Shown here one piece after another: positions 38,723-47,303 of a stretch of DNA of 64,000 nucleotides. Below the pieces are notes generated by a model. The model was not told the origin of the DNA. It did no database searches and saw only the letters and a list, made by a program, of their open reading frames with translations. This DNA comes from a virus, in IMG/VR virus record IMGVR_UViG_3300023174_000062; one strand, 5' to 3'. Numbering within the stretch: position 1 is the stretch's first letter; each line of letters starts with the position of its first letter. A program made the translations under genes and the position numbers.

Positions 38723-39196
38723 ATGAAACTCATTCTCAGGGCAAAAGGGGTAACCTTGACACCGAAAGAGAGAAAGATTTTAAAGATGGCTACGCATTTT
38801 TATGCTAGTCGTTTGATGAGTGACAGGTTGTCAAATACATTAGAAATTAGCATAAACGTCATAAAAGATTTTTATGTGAAAAACCGAATTCTCGGTGAAG
38901 CGTTTCCTAAAGACGATGAACGTGGAAACAACAAACAATTTGTAATAAATTTGGAATGGAATAAAATGGGCAAGCGTGTTTTACAATGTCTTGCACATGA
39001 GATGGTTCACATTAAGCAATATGCTAAAGGTGAATTAAAATTCCATGAAAAAAGGAACTTGGTAACGTTCCAACGAGAACAATACCAAGGTGATGAATAT
39101 TGGGAATCATTATGGGAGATTGAAGCATATGGACGTGAAGTCGGACTCTATCAAAAATTTAGACCTACTCTTAAACTACTTAAGAAAGAAATTTGA
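38723..39196 (+). CDS. zincin-like metallopeptidase
   Basis: LAHEMVHIKQY and WEIEAY. Confidence 0.8.
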   Translation: MKLILRAKGVTLTPKERKILKMATHFYASRLMSDRLSNTLEISINVIKDFYVKNRILGEAFPKDDERGNNKQFVINLEWNKMGKRVLQCLAHEMVHIKQYAKGELKFHEKRNLVTFQREQYQGDEYWESLWEIEAYGREVGLYQKFRPTLKLLKKEI

Positions 39197-39197
39197 A

Positions 39198-39485
39198 ATG
39201 ATTAAAGTAACAGAATGGTATAACTGGATTGTACGTCAGTTTGGTGAGATTTGCGGTTGGATTGGATTAGTTCTAATTCATGGATCTACAGTACCAGTAA
39301 CCTATCTAGCAATTCAAGGTGAACCTACAGTATTACCCCCATTAAGTATGGTCATACTAATTTGGAGTGGCTTGTTATTATTCTTTGTCCGTTCAGCAAT
39401 TATGAAAGACAAACTATACATGTTGTCAAACGGCATCGGATTTTTCATGCAAAGTATTATGTTAGCATTCTTGGTGTTAAAATGA
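39198..39485 (+). CDS. small three-TM membrane protein
   Basis: Three hydrophobic segments. Confidence 0.65.
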   Translation: MIKVTEWYNWIVRQFGEICGWIGLVLIHGSTVPVTYLAIQGEPTVLPPLSMVILIWSGLLLFFVRSAIMKDKLYMLSNGIGFFMQSIMLAFLVLK

Positions 39486-39679
39486 GTGTAGATAGTATAA
39501 GAGCATACAACAATAAGATGTATGAACAACTTATTCTTAACAGAACTGATAGAAGAATTGATGAACTACGTTTAGAAGAACGTAGAGTTAAACATCTACG
39601 TGAAGTGTCAGAACAAGCACGTATCGAAATGAATCGTAGAATGAATCGTCCTGGACAGAATGTAGATAGAATGGCATAG
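39482..39679 (+). CDS. hypothetical protein
   Basis: ATGA-coupled; ends GQNVDRMA. Confidence 0.55.
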   Translation: MSVDSIRAYNNKMYEQLILNRTDRRIDELRLEERRVKHLREVSEQARIEMNRRMNRPGQNVDRMA

Positions 39680-39680
39680 A

Positions 39681-40328
39681 GTGAAATCAATAGCATTGTT
39701 TGTTAATCATCCCGAATGTTCAACAGATTGTTGTGATGGGATGATTAAAGCACTATCGTCAAACTATGAAATTAATTTATTTAATGTTGATAGTGATTTA
39801 GTGACAGTATTAAACAATGCAGATGTTGTTGCGTTTCCTGGAGGTATCGGAGATGCAGATTCTTATGATAAATTCTTTAGACGCAAACGTGCTAATATGA
39901 TAGCCGACTTTGTTGAATCTAAAGGATATTATCTCGGAATATGCATGGGTGCGTATTGGGCTGGTAGTCACTATTTTGATATACTAGATGACATTGAACC
40001 CGTTCAGTATATTAAACAACCAAATGCTGATATTCGTAGGTCTTATTCTACCATTGCGAACGTAACATGGAACGGCAAACCTGAGACAATGTTCTTCTAC
40101 GATGGATGTGCATTGACAGGCAATCTAGAACGTGCTAAAATAGTCTCTACTTATGCGAATGGTGACGCTATGGCAATCATTCAAAATAGAGTAGGAGTGA
40201 TTGGTTGCCATCCTGAGAGTCAGAAGTATTGGTATGAGAAGCCTAGAGCATACATATCAGAATACTGGCACGAAGAACGAAACCATAAATTGTTGTTAAA
40301 CTTTGTTGACGAACTTACATCATGTTAA
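39681..40328 (+). CDS. class I glutamine amidotransferase-like protein (BPL_N-like)
   Basis: FPGG, YLGICMGAY nucleophile elbow, GCHPE. Confidence 0.85.
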   Translation: MKSIALFVNHPECSTDCCDGMIKALSSNYEINLFNVDSDLVTVLNNADVVAFPGGIGDADSYDKFFRRKRANMIADFVESKGYYLGICMGAYWAGSHYFDILDDIEPVQYIKQPNADIRRSYSTIANVTWNGKPETMFFYDGCALTGNLERAKIVSTYANGDAMAIIQNRVGVIGCHPESQKYWYEKPRAYISEYWHEERNHKLLLNFVDELTSC

Positions 40329-40660
40329 TTTATACATATCAGAAATCAAAGAAGAAAAAAACTCCTGCAAAGAAAGTTGCAGAGTATCAAAAGTGGCTCG
40401 ACAACTTACCGACAACTTCATTCTCTAAAGGTTATAAGAAACCTAAAGAAGTTGAGGCATATCAACCGCCAAAAGCATATGTGCGTGAAACTGTACGTCA
40501 TCCCAGTTTAGCGACAGTTGGCGACAATTGCACTAAACCGATTCACGGCAAAGTTTACACTGGCGACAAAATGATCGGTATTGGCACACTACACAAAAGC
40601 AATGCAGTACCTATTTTCTCTAGTGATGATGCAAAGGATCAAGCATCAATGCGAAGGTAA
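40322..40660 (+). CDS. conserved T4-like hypothetical protein
   Basis: YTGDKMIGIGTLHKSNAVPIF...MRR. Confidence 0.7.
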   Translation: MLIYTYQKSKKKKTPAKKVAEYQKWLDNLPTTSFSKGYKKPKEVEAYQPPKAYVRETVRHPSLATVGDNCTKPIHGKVYTGDKMIGIGTLHKSNAVPIFSSDDAKDQASMRR

Positions 40661-40661
40661 T

Positions 40662-40693
40662 TATAAATAGGTCTATTGCAACGACAGACCTAT
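40662..40693 (+). promoter_or_regulatory. late promoter overlapping a translation-blocking hairpin
   Basis: TATAAATA 40662-40669; ATAGGTCT-N11-AGACCTAT ends 1 nt before ATG 40695. Confidence 0.7.
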
Positions 40694-40694
40694 C

Positions 40695-41921
40695 ATGTTT
40701 AAATTTAAAGAATACCTTATTGAGAAGAAAAACACTCACATGGAACATGCGGAAGACGATGTTCTGAATGGTGGTGTTGAAGGAACTAGAGATAGCATAA
40801 ACGCACTCAGAGCGGTACGTGATATGCTTGCTGGACATTCCAAAAGCAAAGTTGACATTTCAGTCAAATGGGATGGTGCGCCAGCAGTCTTTGCAGGACA
40901 AGACCCAACTGACGGCAAGTTCTTTGTTGCGAAGAAGGGTGTCTTTAATAAAAATCCCAAAGTATACAAAACTCCAGCAGATATCGATGCAGACACTTCT
41001 GGTGACTTAGCAGACAAACTCAAAGCGTGTTTGATGTGGTTACCTAAGATCGGCATCAAAGGCGTCATTCAAGGCGACTTGCTATTCACACAATCCGACT
41101 TGAAGACAGAGACAATCGATGGTGAATCATATGTCACGTTTCACCCAAATACTTTAGTATATGCAGTACCAACAGGAACAGAACTTGCTAAACAGATACA
41201 AAAAGCAAAGATTGGTATTGTCTGGCACACAATCTACGAAGGTGATTCTTTCGAAACAATGTCAGCGGTCTTTGGCAAAGACATTCTAAGCACACTTACT
41301 CAAAGTCCAAACGTTTGGATGACAAGTGCAGTCTATCACGATGTTTCGGGTAAAGCGACATTGACACAAGCAGAAAATGACCAAGTGACAGCAATTCTAT
41401 CTGATGCTGGAAAGATATTCCAAAAACTAGATGCCGCTACTCTAAACTACATCAATACAGATGAAGACTTGATTGAACGCATCAAGACATTCAACAATTC
41501 AAAAGTACGTCAACAGTTAAAAATCACTAACGTCAAAGCGCACGTTAAAGAATTGATTACATACATTGAAGACTATTACGAGAAACAAGCCGAAGGAAAA
41601 GGTGAACGTGGCCGTGCTACTCAGATGTTAAAGAAGAGCAAAGTACTTAGATTTTTCTCACCAAAAAACAAAGCACACCTAGAAGACATTTTCACAATGA
41701 TGAATTTATTAGCAGAAGCGAAGTTGATTTTAATTAAGAAGATGGATGAAGTCAAAACGTTGAATACTTTCTTGTTGACAAAGAAAGGTTACGAAGTGAC
41801 TGGTGTTGAAGGTTATGTTGCTATCGATAAGATTAAAGGTAATGCAGTCAAGTTAGTTGACAGAATGCAATTCAGTTATGCAAACTTCTCACCTGATGTT
41901 ATTAAAGGTTGGCAGAGGTAA
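40695..41921 (+). CDS. RNA/DNA-ligase-superfamily nucleotidyltransferase-like protein with CTS-like N-terminus
   Basis: Motifs in order: SVKWDG (I), IQGDLL (III), EGYV (IV), AVKLVD (V); N-term MFKFKEYLIE. Confidence 0.6.
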   Translation: MFKFKEYLIEKKNTHMEHAEDDVLNGGVEGTRDSINALRAVRDMLAGHSKSKVDISVKWDGAPAVFAGQDPTDGKFFVAKKGVFNKNPKVYKTPADIDADTSGDLADKLKACLMWLPKIGIKGVIQGDLLFTQSDLKTETIDGESYVTFHPNTLVYAVPTGTELAKQIQKAKIGIVWHTIYEGDSFETMSAVFGKDILSTLTQSPNVWMTSAVYHDVSGKATLTQAENDQVTAILSDAGKIFQKLDAATLNYINTDEDLIERIKTFNNSKVRQQLKITNVKAHVKELITYIEDYYEKQAEGKGERGRATQMLKKSKVLRFFSPKNKAHLEDIFTMMNLLAEAKLILIKKMDEVKTLNTFLLTKKGYEVTGVEGYVAIDKIKGNAVKLVDRMQFSYANFSPDVIKGWQR

Positions 41922-42011
41922 TAAGGTTTAATCTGAAACCGGACACCTTTATGTATACATCGGGTAACTATATTTAATGGTAGATATGCACTAAACAAGG
42001 AAAATAATAAA

Positions 42012-42806
42012 ATGGCACAAGAAGGTTTTTTATATGAGGAGAATGCATATAAAGCATTGCAGAAATACAAAATTTCTACTGGCGGAGTTGCGGGTGCGTC
42101 CCATGATAAACCAGACCTGACCATTCAAAATAAATCGAAGAAAACTACTGGTTGCGAATTGAAGAACTCTCCGACTGCCGCAGGTTCTTTAGTTATGAAA
42201 TACTACGATGGTAAGTGGCAATTCGGTGACATTGGAACTGATCCTGAGAAAGAATTCTTAGTTGAATTAGCAAAGAAGTTCAATTTGCTAAGAGAGATGA
42301 ACACTAGCGGAACTCATGGTAAAGACTGGCGTGGTAAAGTGCCGTGTTTGCAAAATGACGCTAAAGGCAAGAAAATCATTGTTGGTGCTAAAGACAAGAC
42401 TGCCGCATACAAATCAGACTTAGAAAAGTTTGGTGCCCAAAATGAAGTGCATGTACCTATTCCAGCAAAAGCAATCTGTGACTATTATATTGCTAAAAAA
42501 TGTTCGTATATCAACGTAGGAACTCACGGATTCTTTACACTAGCAGGCAAAGATTTATTGGGTCTACAGCCAAAACTCAAAGCAAACAAGAATTCTCCGA
42601 TTCCCGATTTTGCTACTAATGCTTCTGCTGTTATTCGTGTTCGCTGTCAATATAAGGGTGGCGGAGACTATCAATTCGTTATGACGCTACAGTTTGGTAA
42701 AGTGTCAAAATCACCATATAACATTGCACCAATCAAAAAAGGTTCTGGTGCTACAATCGATGAAGCCGCATTAAAAGCAGACCCATTGCTTCTAGCGTTT
42801 ATGTAA
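42012..42806 (+). CDS. PD-(D/E)xK nuclease-like protein
   Basis: GFLYE...KPDLTI...CELK. Confidence 0.6.
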   Translation: MAQEGFLYEENAYKALQKYKISTGGVAGASHDKPDLTIQNKSKKTTGCELKNSPTAAGSLVMKYYDGKWQFGDIGTDPEKEFLVELAKKFNLLREMNTSGTHGKDWRGKVPCLQNDAKGKKIIVGAKDKTAAYKSDLEKFGAQNEVHVPIPAKAICDYYIAKKCSYINVGTHGFFTLAGKDLLGLQPKLKANKNSPIPDFATNASAVIRVRCQYKGGGDYQFVMTLQFGKVSKSPYNIAPIKKGSGATIDEAALKADPLLLAFM

Positions 42807-42808
42807 AT

Positions 42809-42816
42809 TATAAATA
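42809..42816 (+). promoter_or_regulatory. late promoter TATAAATA
   Basis: Exact consensus upstream of the 897-aa ORF. Confidence 0.85.
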
Positions 42817-42826
42817 AAGTATAACT

Positions 42827-42870
42827 CAGTTAGGCTACGGCAAACCTGTACAGATAAGTCTACGGAAAAC
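42827..42870 (+). repeat. tandem imperfect repeat in the late leader
   Basis: CAGTTAGGCTACGGCAAAC / CAGATAAGTCTACGGAAAAC. Confidence 0.6.
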
Positions 42871-42879
42871 TCTAAAAAT

Positions 42880-45573
42880 ATGAAATCGTTTAAAGAATCA
42901 GTATTGCTTGATGAAGCAAAAGCAAAAGGCAAAGTAATTGTCGTGTACGGTGGTGGCTTTCAGCCATTTCACGCAGGACATTTGAGTAGTTACACTCAAG
43001 CCAAACAGAAATTCCACACTCCAGACTTTTATGTTGCATCTAGCAACGACACAAAAGTTCGCCCAATCCCATTCAAAGATAAAGAATTCCTAGCGCAACA
43101 AGCAGGAGTTACAGACGATTTCGTTCAGGTCGTTCAGCCGATTAATCCAGAAGAGATTATGAAGAAGTATGACGAAAAGAAAGATATTCTTATTCTTATT
43201 CGTTCAGAACGTGACCCAATGAAGTACACAAAGAAAGATGGTTCACCAGCATATTATCAGCCATTTGTCAGCATTGACAAATGTGAATCATTTGAAACAC
43301 ACGCATACATTTTTGTAACTAAGAAACATGACTTTAAAGTCAATGGTCAAGAAGCATTCTCCGGCAGTCAAGTTAGAAAAATGTATTCAGATGCAGACTC
43401 AGAAGGTAGAGATAAAATCATTGGAGATTTATATCCAAAAGCAAAAAACAAGGCTAAGGTAAAAAAACTTTTAGACAAATACATAGGCGGTGGCATGAAC
43501 GAAGAAATAGAACAACAAGACGAAGCGGTACTTGGCTATGCACAACGTAGACAAAGGGCGCAAAGATTTAGAACAATGAACAAGCGTTTAGTAAGAGCAA
43601 GAGCGATGCAAGCAAAACGTTTTGCTGATCCTAAGAGATTGAAAAGAAGAGCCGCTAAGATGGCATATCAATTCTTCAGAGGGCGCCTTGCTGGTGGTAA
43701 GAACTATGCAGACTTGGGTGCTGGAGAGAAAATTGCAATCGACACTAGATTGCAAAAGATGTTGCCTGCAATTAAAAAGTTTGCAGTACGTTTAGTGCCA
43801 GCCGCTAGAAGTAAAGAGATTGCACGTAAACAAAACATGATGATGCGAAAAGAAGATTTGAATTTTATGTTTGCAGACTTCATTGTAGAGAAGCCAACTC
43901 TACCGCAAGATAAAGATGTTGCGAAGAAAGATGGAACACAACCTAAGAAGTATTATGTTGGTTTAGACAAAGACACAAAAGACGCTAGAGCATCACACTT
44001 TGCGACAAATGGACCAAAATCGGATTCAGATAAGAGTGCATACAAAGATGCGCCTGGTGACAAAGAGGCAAGAGAAAAAGGTATGCAACAATCAAAGCAT
44101 ACTAAGAAATTCAAACAGATGTATGGTGAAGCAGTAAAGACACCAGAAGAAAGAAAAGAAGTTTCTAGATTAGATCAATTGGTTCGTTTAGGATTAGCAG
44201 ATACCAAATCTCTTACAGTCATCAAACGTTCTGTTGAGAAATTAAAATCTGGTGACATGCTGAATCCGTCAGAGCGCAACGTCACAAATGATTTGTTGAC
44301 TACGTTACTTGATATGGTAACTTCAAGCGATGCATTGTTCAGAATGACAAAGACGCAGTTACAAAAAGAATCTATTGATGAAGCCGCATACAAAGGCAAC
44401 ATTGGTGCAATGGAGATGATGAAGTTCTTTCAAGTTGCAACGCCACAAGAAAAAGAAAAACTCAAAAAACTTATTGCAGATAAGAATCAATCAGCCGCTT
44501 GGAAAATGATTCAAGACGTTACTGGCATGAAACTCATGGGCGAAGAAGATGAGTATGATGATAGCGACTATGATGAGACTGATGGTCTCTCAATGGCACA
44601 GATTGAAGTTTCTAACATGATTCAAGACGCAGAAGAATTGCTTGAAATGATGGATGAAATGGATGAAGAACCAGATGCTTGGGTTCTATCTAAAATTACT
44701 AAAGCGGCCGACTATGTTTCAACAGTACGTGATTACTTAGAATTCGAAGGCGACTTTGATTATCAAGATGATGACGAAGAAGGTAATGGCGAAGATGATG
44801 ATGGTGAATTCACTGGTGCAGAATTAGACATGTATGCAAGTGAAATGGGACCAGATGAGTTTGGTGATGCATACGAAGAGTTTAAGCCAATCTTAGAAGA
44901 GATCGAAGGCTTGAAAAAGAAAGCAGAAAAGTCTGGCATTGCTTATGGTATTCTCAAAGCAGTTTACGACAGAGGTATGGCGGCTTGGCAAGGTGGCCAT
45001 CGTCCTGGAACAACACCACAGCAATGGGCATTCGCTAGAGTGAATTCGTTCATTACAAAAGGTCCTGGCACTTGGGGTAAAGCAGATAAAGATTTGGCTT
45101 CCAAAGTAAACAAGAATGAAGAGTTTTCTAAATTTGCTGAAGCATTAGAGTGGGGTACGGATGCAATGCGTAAAGCATATGCCTCAGATACTCCTGGTCA
45201 ATCTACAGAAATTCAAACAGCAGATCATCAATCTTGTTGCGGTGATTGCGAAAAAGATTCAATTGGAGAAGAAGTTGATTGGGAACAAGTTGTCAATGAA
45301 GCAGACTATCAAGGTAAATCTGTTAAGTTGAATGATCCATTCAGAACACCTGATGGTCCAAAGAAGTTTGGCGTATACACTATGGGACCAAATGGTAAAG
45401 TTGTTGTTGTTCGTTTTGGTGATCCTAATATGGAAATCAAACGTGACGATCCTGAGAGATTAAAGAGTTATCGTGCTAGACACGGTTGCGACAATCCTGG
45501 ACCAAAGTGGAAAGCAAACTATTGGTCTTGCCAAATGTGGCGTTCAGACAAAAGCGTAAGCGATTTAGATTAA
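42880..45573 (+). CDS. modular virion protein: HIGH-family nucleotidyltransferase domain plus many small domains
   Basis: MKSFKESVLLDE N-term; GGGFQPFHAGH and SGSQVR; later modules QPKKYY, TPQQWAFARVNSF, VRFGDP..ARHGC..YWSC. Confidence 0.75.
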   Translation: MKSFKESVLLDEAKAKGKVIVVYGGGFQPFHAGHLSSYTQAKQKFHTPDFYVASSNDTKVRPIPFKDKEFLAQQAGVTDDFVQVVQPINPEEIMKKYDEKKDILILIRSERDPMKYTKKDGSPAYYQPFVSIDKCESFETHAYIFVTKKHDFKVNGQEAFSGSQVRKMYSDADSEGRDKIIGDLYPKAKNKAKVKKLLDKYIGGGMNEEIEQQDEAVLGYAQRRQRAQRFRTMNKRLVRARAMQAKRFADPKRLKRRAAKMAYQFFRGRLAGGKNYADLGAGEKIAIDTRLQKMLPAIKKFAVRLVPAARSKEIARKQNMMMRKEDLNFMFADFIVEKPTLPQDKDVAKKDGTQPKKYYVGLDKDTKDARASHFATNGPKSDSDKSAYKDAPGDKEAREKGMQQSKHTKKFKQMYGEAVKTPEERKEVSRLDQLVRLGLADTKSLTVIKRSVEKLKSGDMLNPSERNVTNDLLTTLLDMVTSSDALFRMTKTQLQKESIDEAAYKGNIGAMEMMKFFQVATPQEKEKLKKLIADKNQSAAWKMIQDVTGMKLMGEEDEYDDSDYDETDGLSMAQIEVSNMIQDAEELLEMMDEMDEEPDAWVLSKITKAADYVSTVRDYLEFEGDFDYQDDDEEGNGEDDDGEFTGAELDMYASEMGPDEFGDAYEEFKPILEEIEGLKKKAEKSGIAYGILKAVYDRGMAAWQGGHRPGTTPQQWAFARVNSFITKGPGTWGKADKDLASKVNKNEEFSKFAEALEWGTDAMRKAYASDTPGQSTEIQTADHQSCCGDCEKDSIGEEVDWEQVVNEADYQGKSVKLNDPFRTPDGPKKFGVYTMGPNGKVVVVRFGDPNMEIKRDDPERLKSYRARHGCDNPGPKWKANYWSCQMWRSDKSVSDLD

Positions 45574-45586
45574 AGCGGAGATACAC

Positions 45587-47302
45587 ATGAAAGATATAGA
45601 AGAAGCAAAAGTTGGATCAGGTACAGCAATCGCAGATAAGTCTGCTGAGAAACGTGCCCAATTATCATTGAAAATGGTTCAGTTACGCATGAAACAAAAT
45701 AAAGAACGTGAGGCACTTGCCGCACAAAGAAAGTCTTTACAAAAGGAAGAGACAATGACTGAATCATTTAGCGCATCTCAAATTGCCGCTTTGAAAACAG
45801 AGTACTCTAAGATTAATGGAATTGATCCATCAAGTGACACATACAAGAAATTGATTGCTATGCTTGATAGATTAGATTTGAAATCTTTGAAATCTCTTGC
45901 TGGCGCTGAAATCAAGTTCGTATCTAAACTCGCACAGAATCGTGTTGCTAGAAAAAACGTAAAAGAAGAAATTCAACTTGCCGAGTTGTCAACAAATAAA
46001 CTAGCAGACTATAAAAAGAAAGCAGGTGCATCCGCATCGGCGGCTGATAAAGCAGGCGACACAAAAACAGGCAACAAACGTTTCTCTGGCATTATGAAAG
46101 CAACCAGAAAGCAATTCGACAATGACGCAAAGAAAAGTGTGTCAGAGGCTTCACAAAGAGTTGACTCACTTGTGACTGACGCATTAAAAGTAATGCAAGG
46201 TTCAGAGTTAAAAGATGCCGTACAAGCATTAAAGACTGTGCTTGGAGATAGAGAATACAATGACCGCCGTGGGCATTACAATTTCTATGTCAAACAACTA
46301 GTTGACATGTATGGTAAGAAAACAAACGAAGAGTTGTCACCAAAGCAAAAACAAATCGACAAGAATAAGAACGGCAAGATTGACGGATTCGATTTAGCAC
46401 ACTTACGTAAGAAGACTGAAGAGTTGTCACCAAAACAAAAAGCACTTGATAAAAACAAGAATGGTAAAATTGATGGTTCTGATTTAGCAAAGTTACGCAA
46501 AGAAGAAACAGACTTACAAGAAAAGTCTGACTACGAAGTTTATCATAAAGACTATTCTGGTGCAGTACAAGCCGCTATCAAGCAAGCAGAGAAGCGTGGC
46601 TTTGAAGTAGACATGGACGATTGGCACGACAAAGTTGCTACTGGTCCTAAGAAGCCTTCTGCTGGTAAAACAAATTCATTCTCTGTCAAGTTGAAGAAAG
46701 ACGGCAAAGAATCTAAGAAAGCATTGCATCTTCAAGTGTACAACATGGACAATCACAAGTATGAGTTGAACATGTACATTGAATCTGTAAAAGAAGCATC
46801 CTCACCTGCACAACAAGCGGCTATCGCTATTGCTATGAAGAAGGCTGGTAAGAAGCCTAAAGACATGGAAGAGAGTGACGCATACGACAAAGACGTTAAG
46901 CCAAGCGACAAGCCACACGATAAAGAAGCGGCCGCCAAACGTGCAAAACTAGCCGCATTAGCCGCTAGAAAGAAAATGACCGAAGGTCTAATGGATAAGA
47001 TTAAAGCGATTAAGCGTGGTATGCAGGCTAAAGATAAAGCAGATGACCATTGGGACAAAGCAGGCGATCCAAAGAATCCAGAAGCAAAGAAAGATTTGAA
47101 GAAAGCAGTTCGCTATACCAATCTTTTAAACAAAGAAGAAGTTATCGTGACTGAAGCCAAAAAGAAAACTTGGAAAGACATGAGAAAAAAAGTAAAGAAT
47201 GAAGAAGCACCCAATAAGGCTACAGTTAAAAAAGGCGATGATTTGAGTGGTAAGAGAGAACCAATCGAAATTAATCCAGAATTGAAAGACACGGCGAAAT
47301 AA
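45587..47302 (+). CDS. modular basic virion protein with two EF-hand-like repeats
   Basis: Short K/A-rich modules separated by xxE/EE; DKNKNGKIDGxD twice. Confidence 0.7.
   Translation: MKDIEEAKVGSGTAIADKSAEKRAQLSLKMVQLRMKQNKEREALAAQRKSLQKEETMTESFSASQIAALKTEYSKINGIDPSSDTYKKLIAMLDRLDLKSLKSLAGAEIKFVSKLAQNRVARKNVKEEIQLAELSTNKLADYKKKAGASASAADKAGDTKTGNKRFSGIMKATRKQFDNDAKKSVSEASQRVDSLVTDALKVMQGSELKDAVQALKTVLGDREYNDRRGHYNFYVKQLVDMYGKKTNEELSPKQKQIDKNKNGKIDGFDLAHLRKKTEELSPKQKALDKNKNGKIDGSDLAKLRKEETDLQEKSDYEVYHKDYSGAVQAAIKQAEKRGFEVDMDDWHDKVATGPKKPSAGKTNSFSVKLKKDGKESKKALHLQVYNMDNHKYELNMYIESVKEASSPAQQAAIAIAMKKAGKKPKDMEESDAYDKDVKPSDKPHDKEAAAKRAKLAALAARKKMTEGLMDKIKAIKRGMQAKDKADDHWDKAGDPKNPEAKKDLKKAVRYTNLLNKEEVIVTEAKKKTWKDMRKKVKNEEAPNKATVKKGDDLSGKREPIEINPELKDTAK
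46328..46507 (+). repeat. 90-bp tandem duplication encoding an EF-hand-like module
   Basis: GAAGAGTTGTCACCAAA at 46328 and 46418. Confidence 0.85.
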
Positions 47303-47303
47303 C

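Noticed and set aside
42827-42870. Guanidine-II or c-di-GMP-I riboswitch
   Set aside because: The ACGG words are not tetraloops closed by GC stems, and only GGCAAACC of the c-di-GMP-I motif is present
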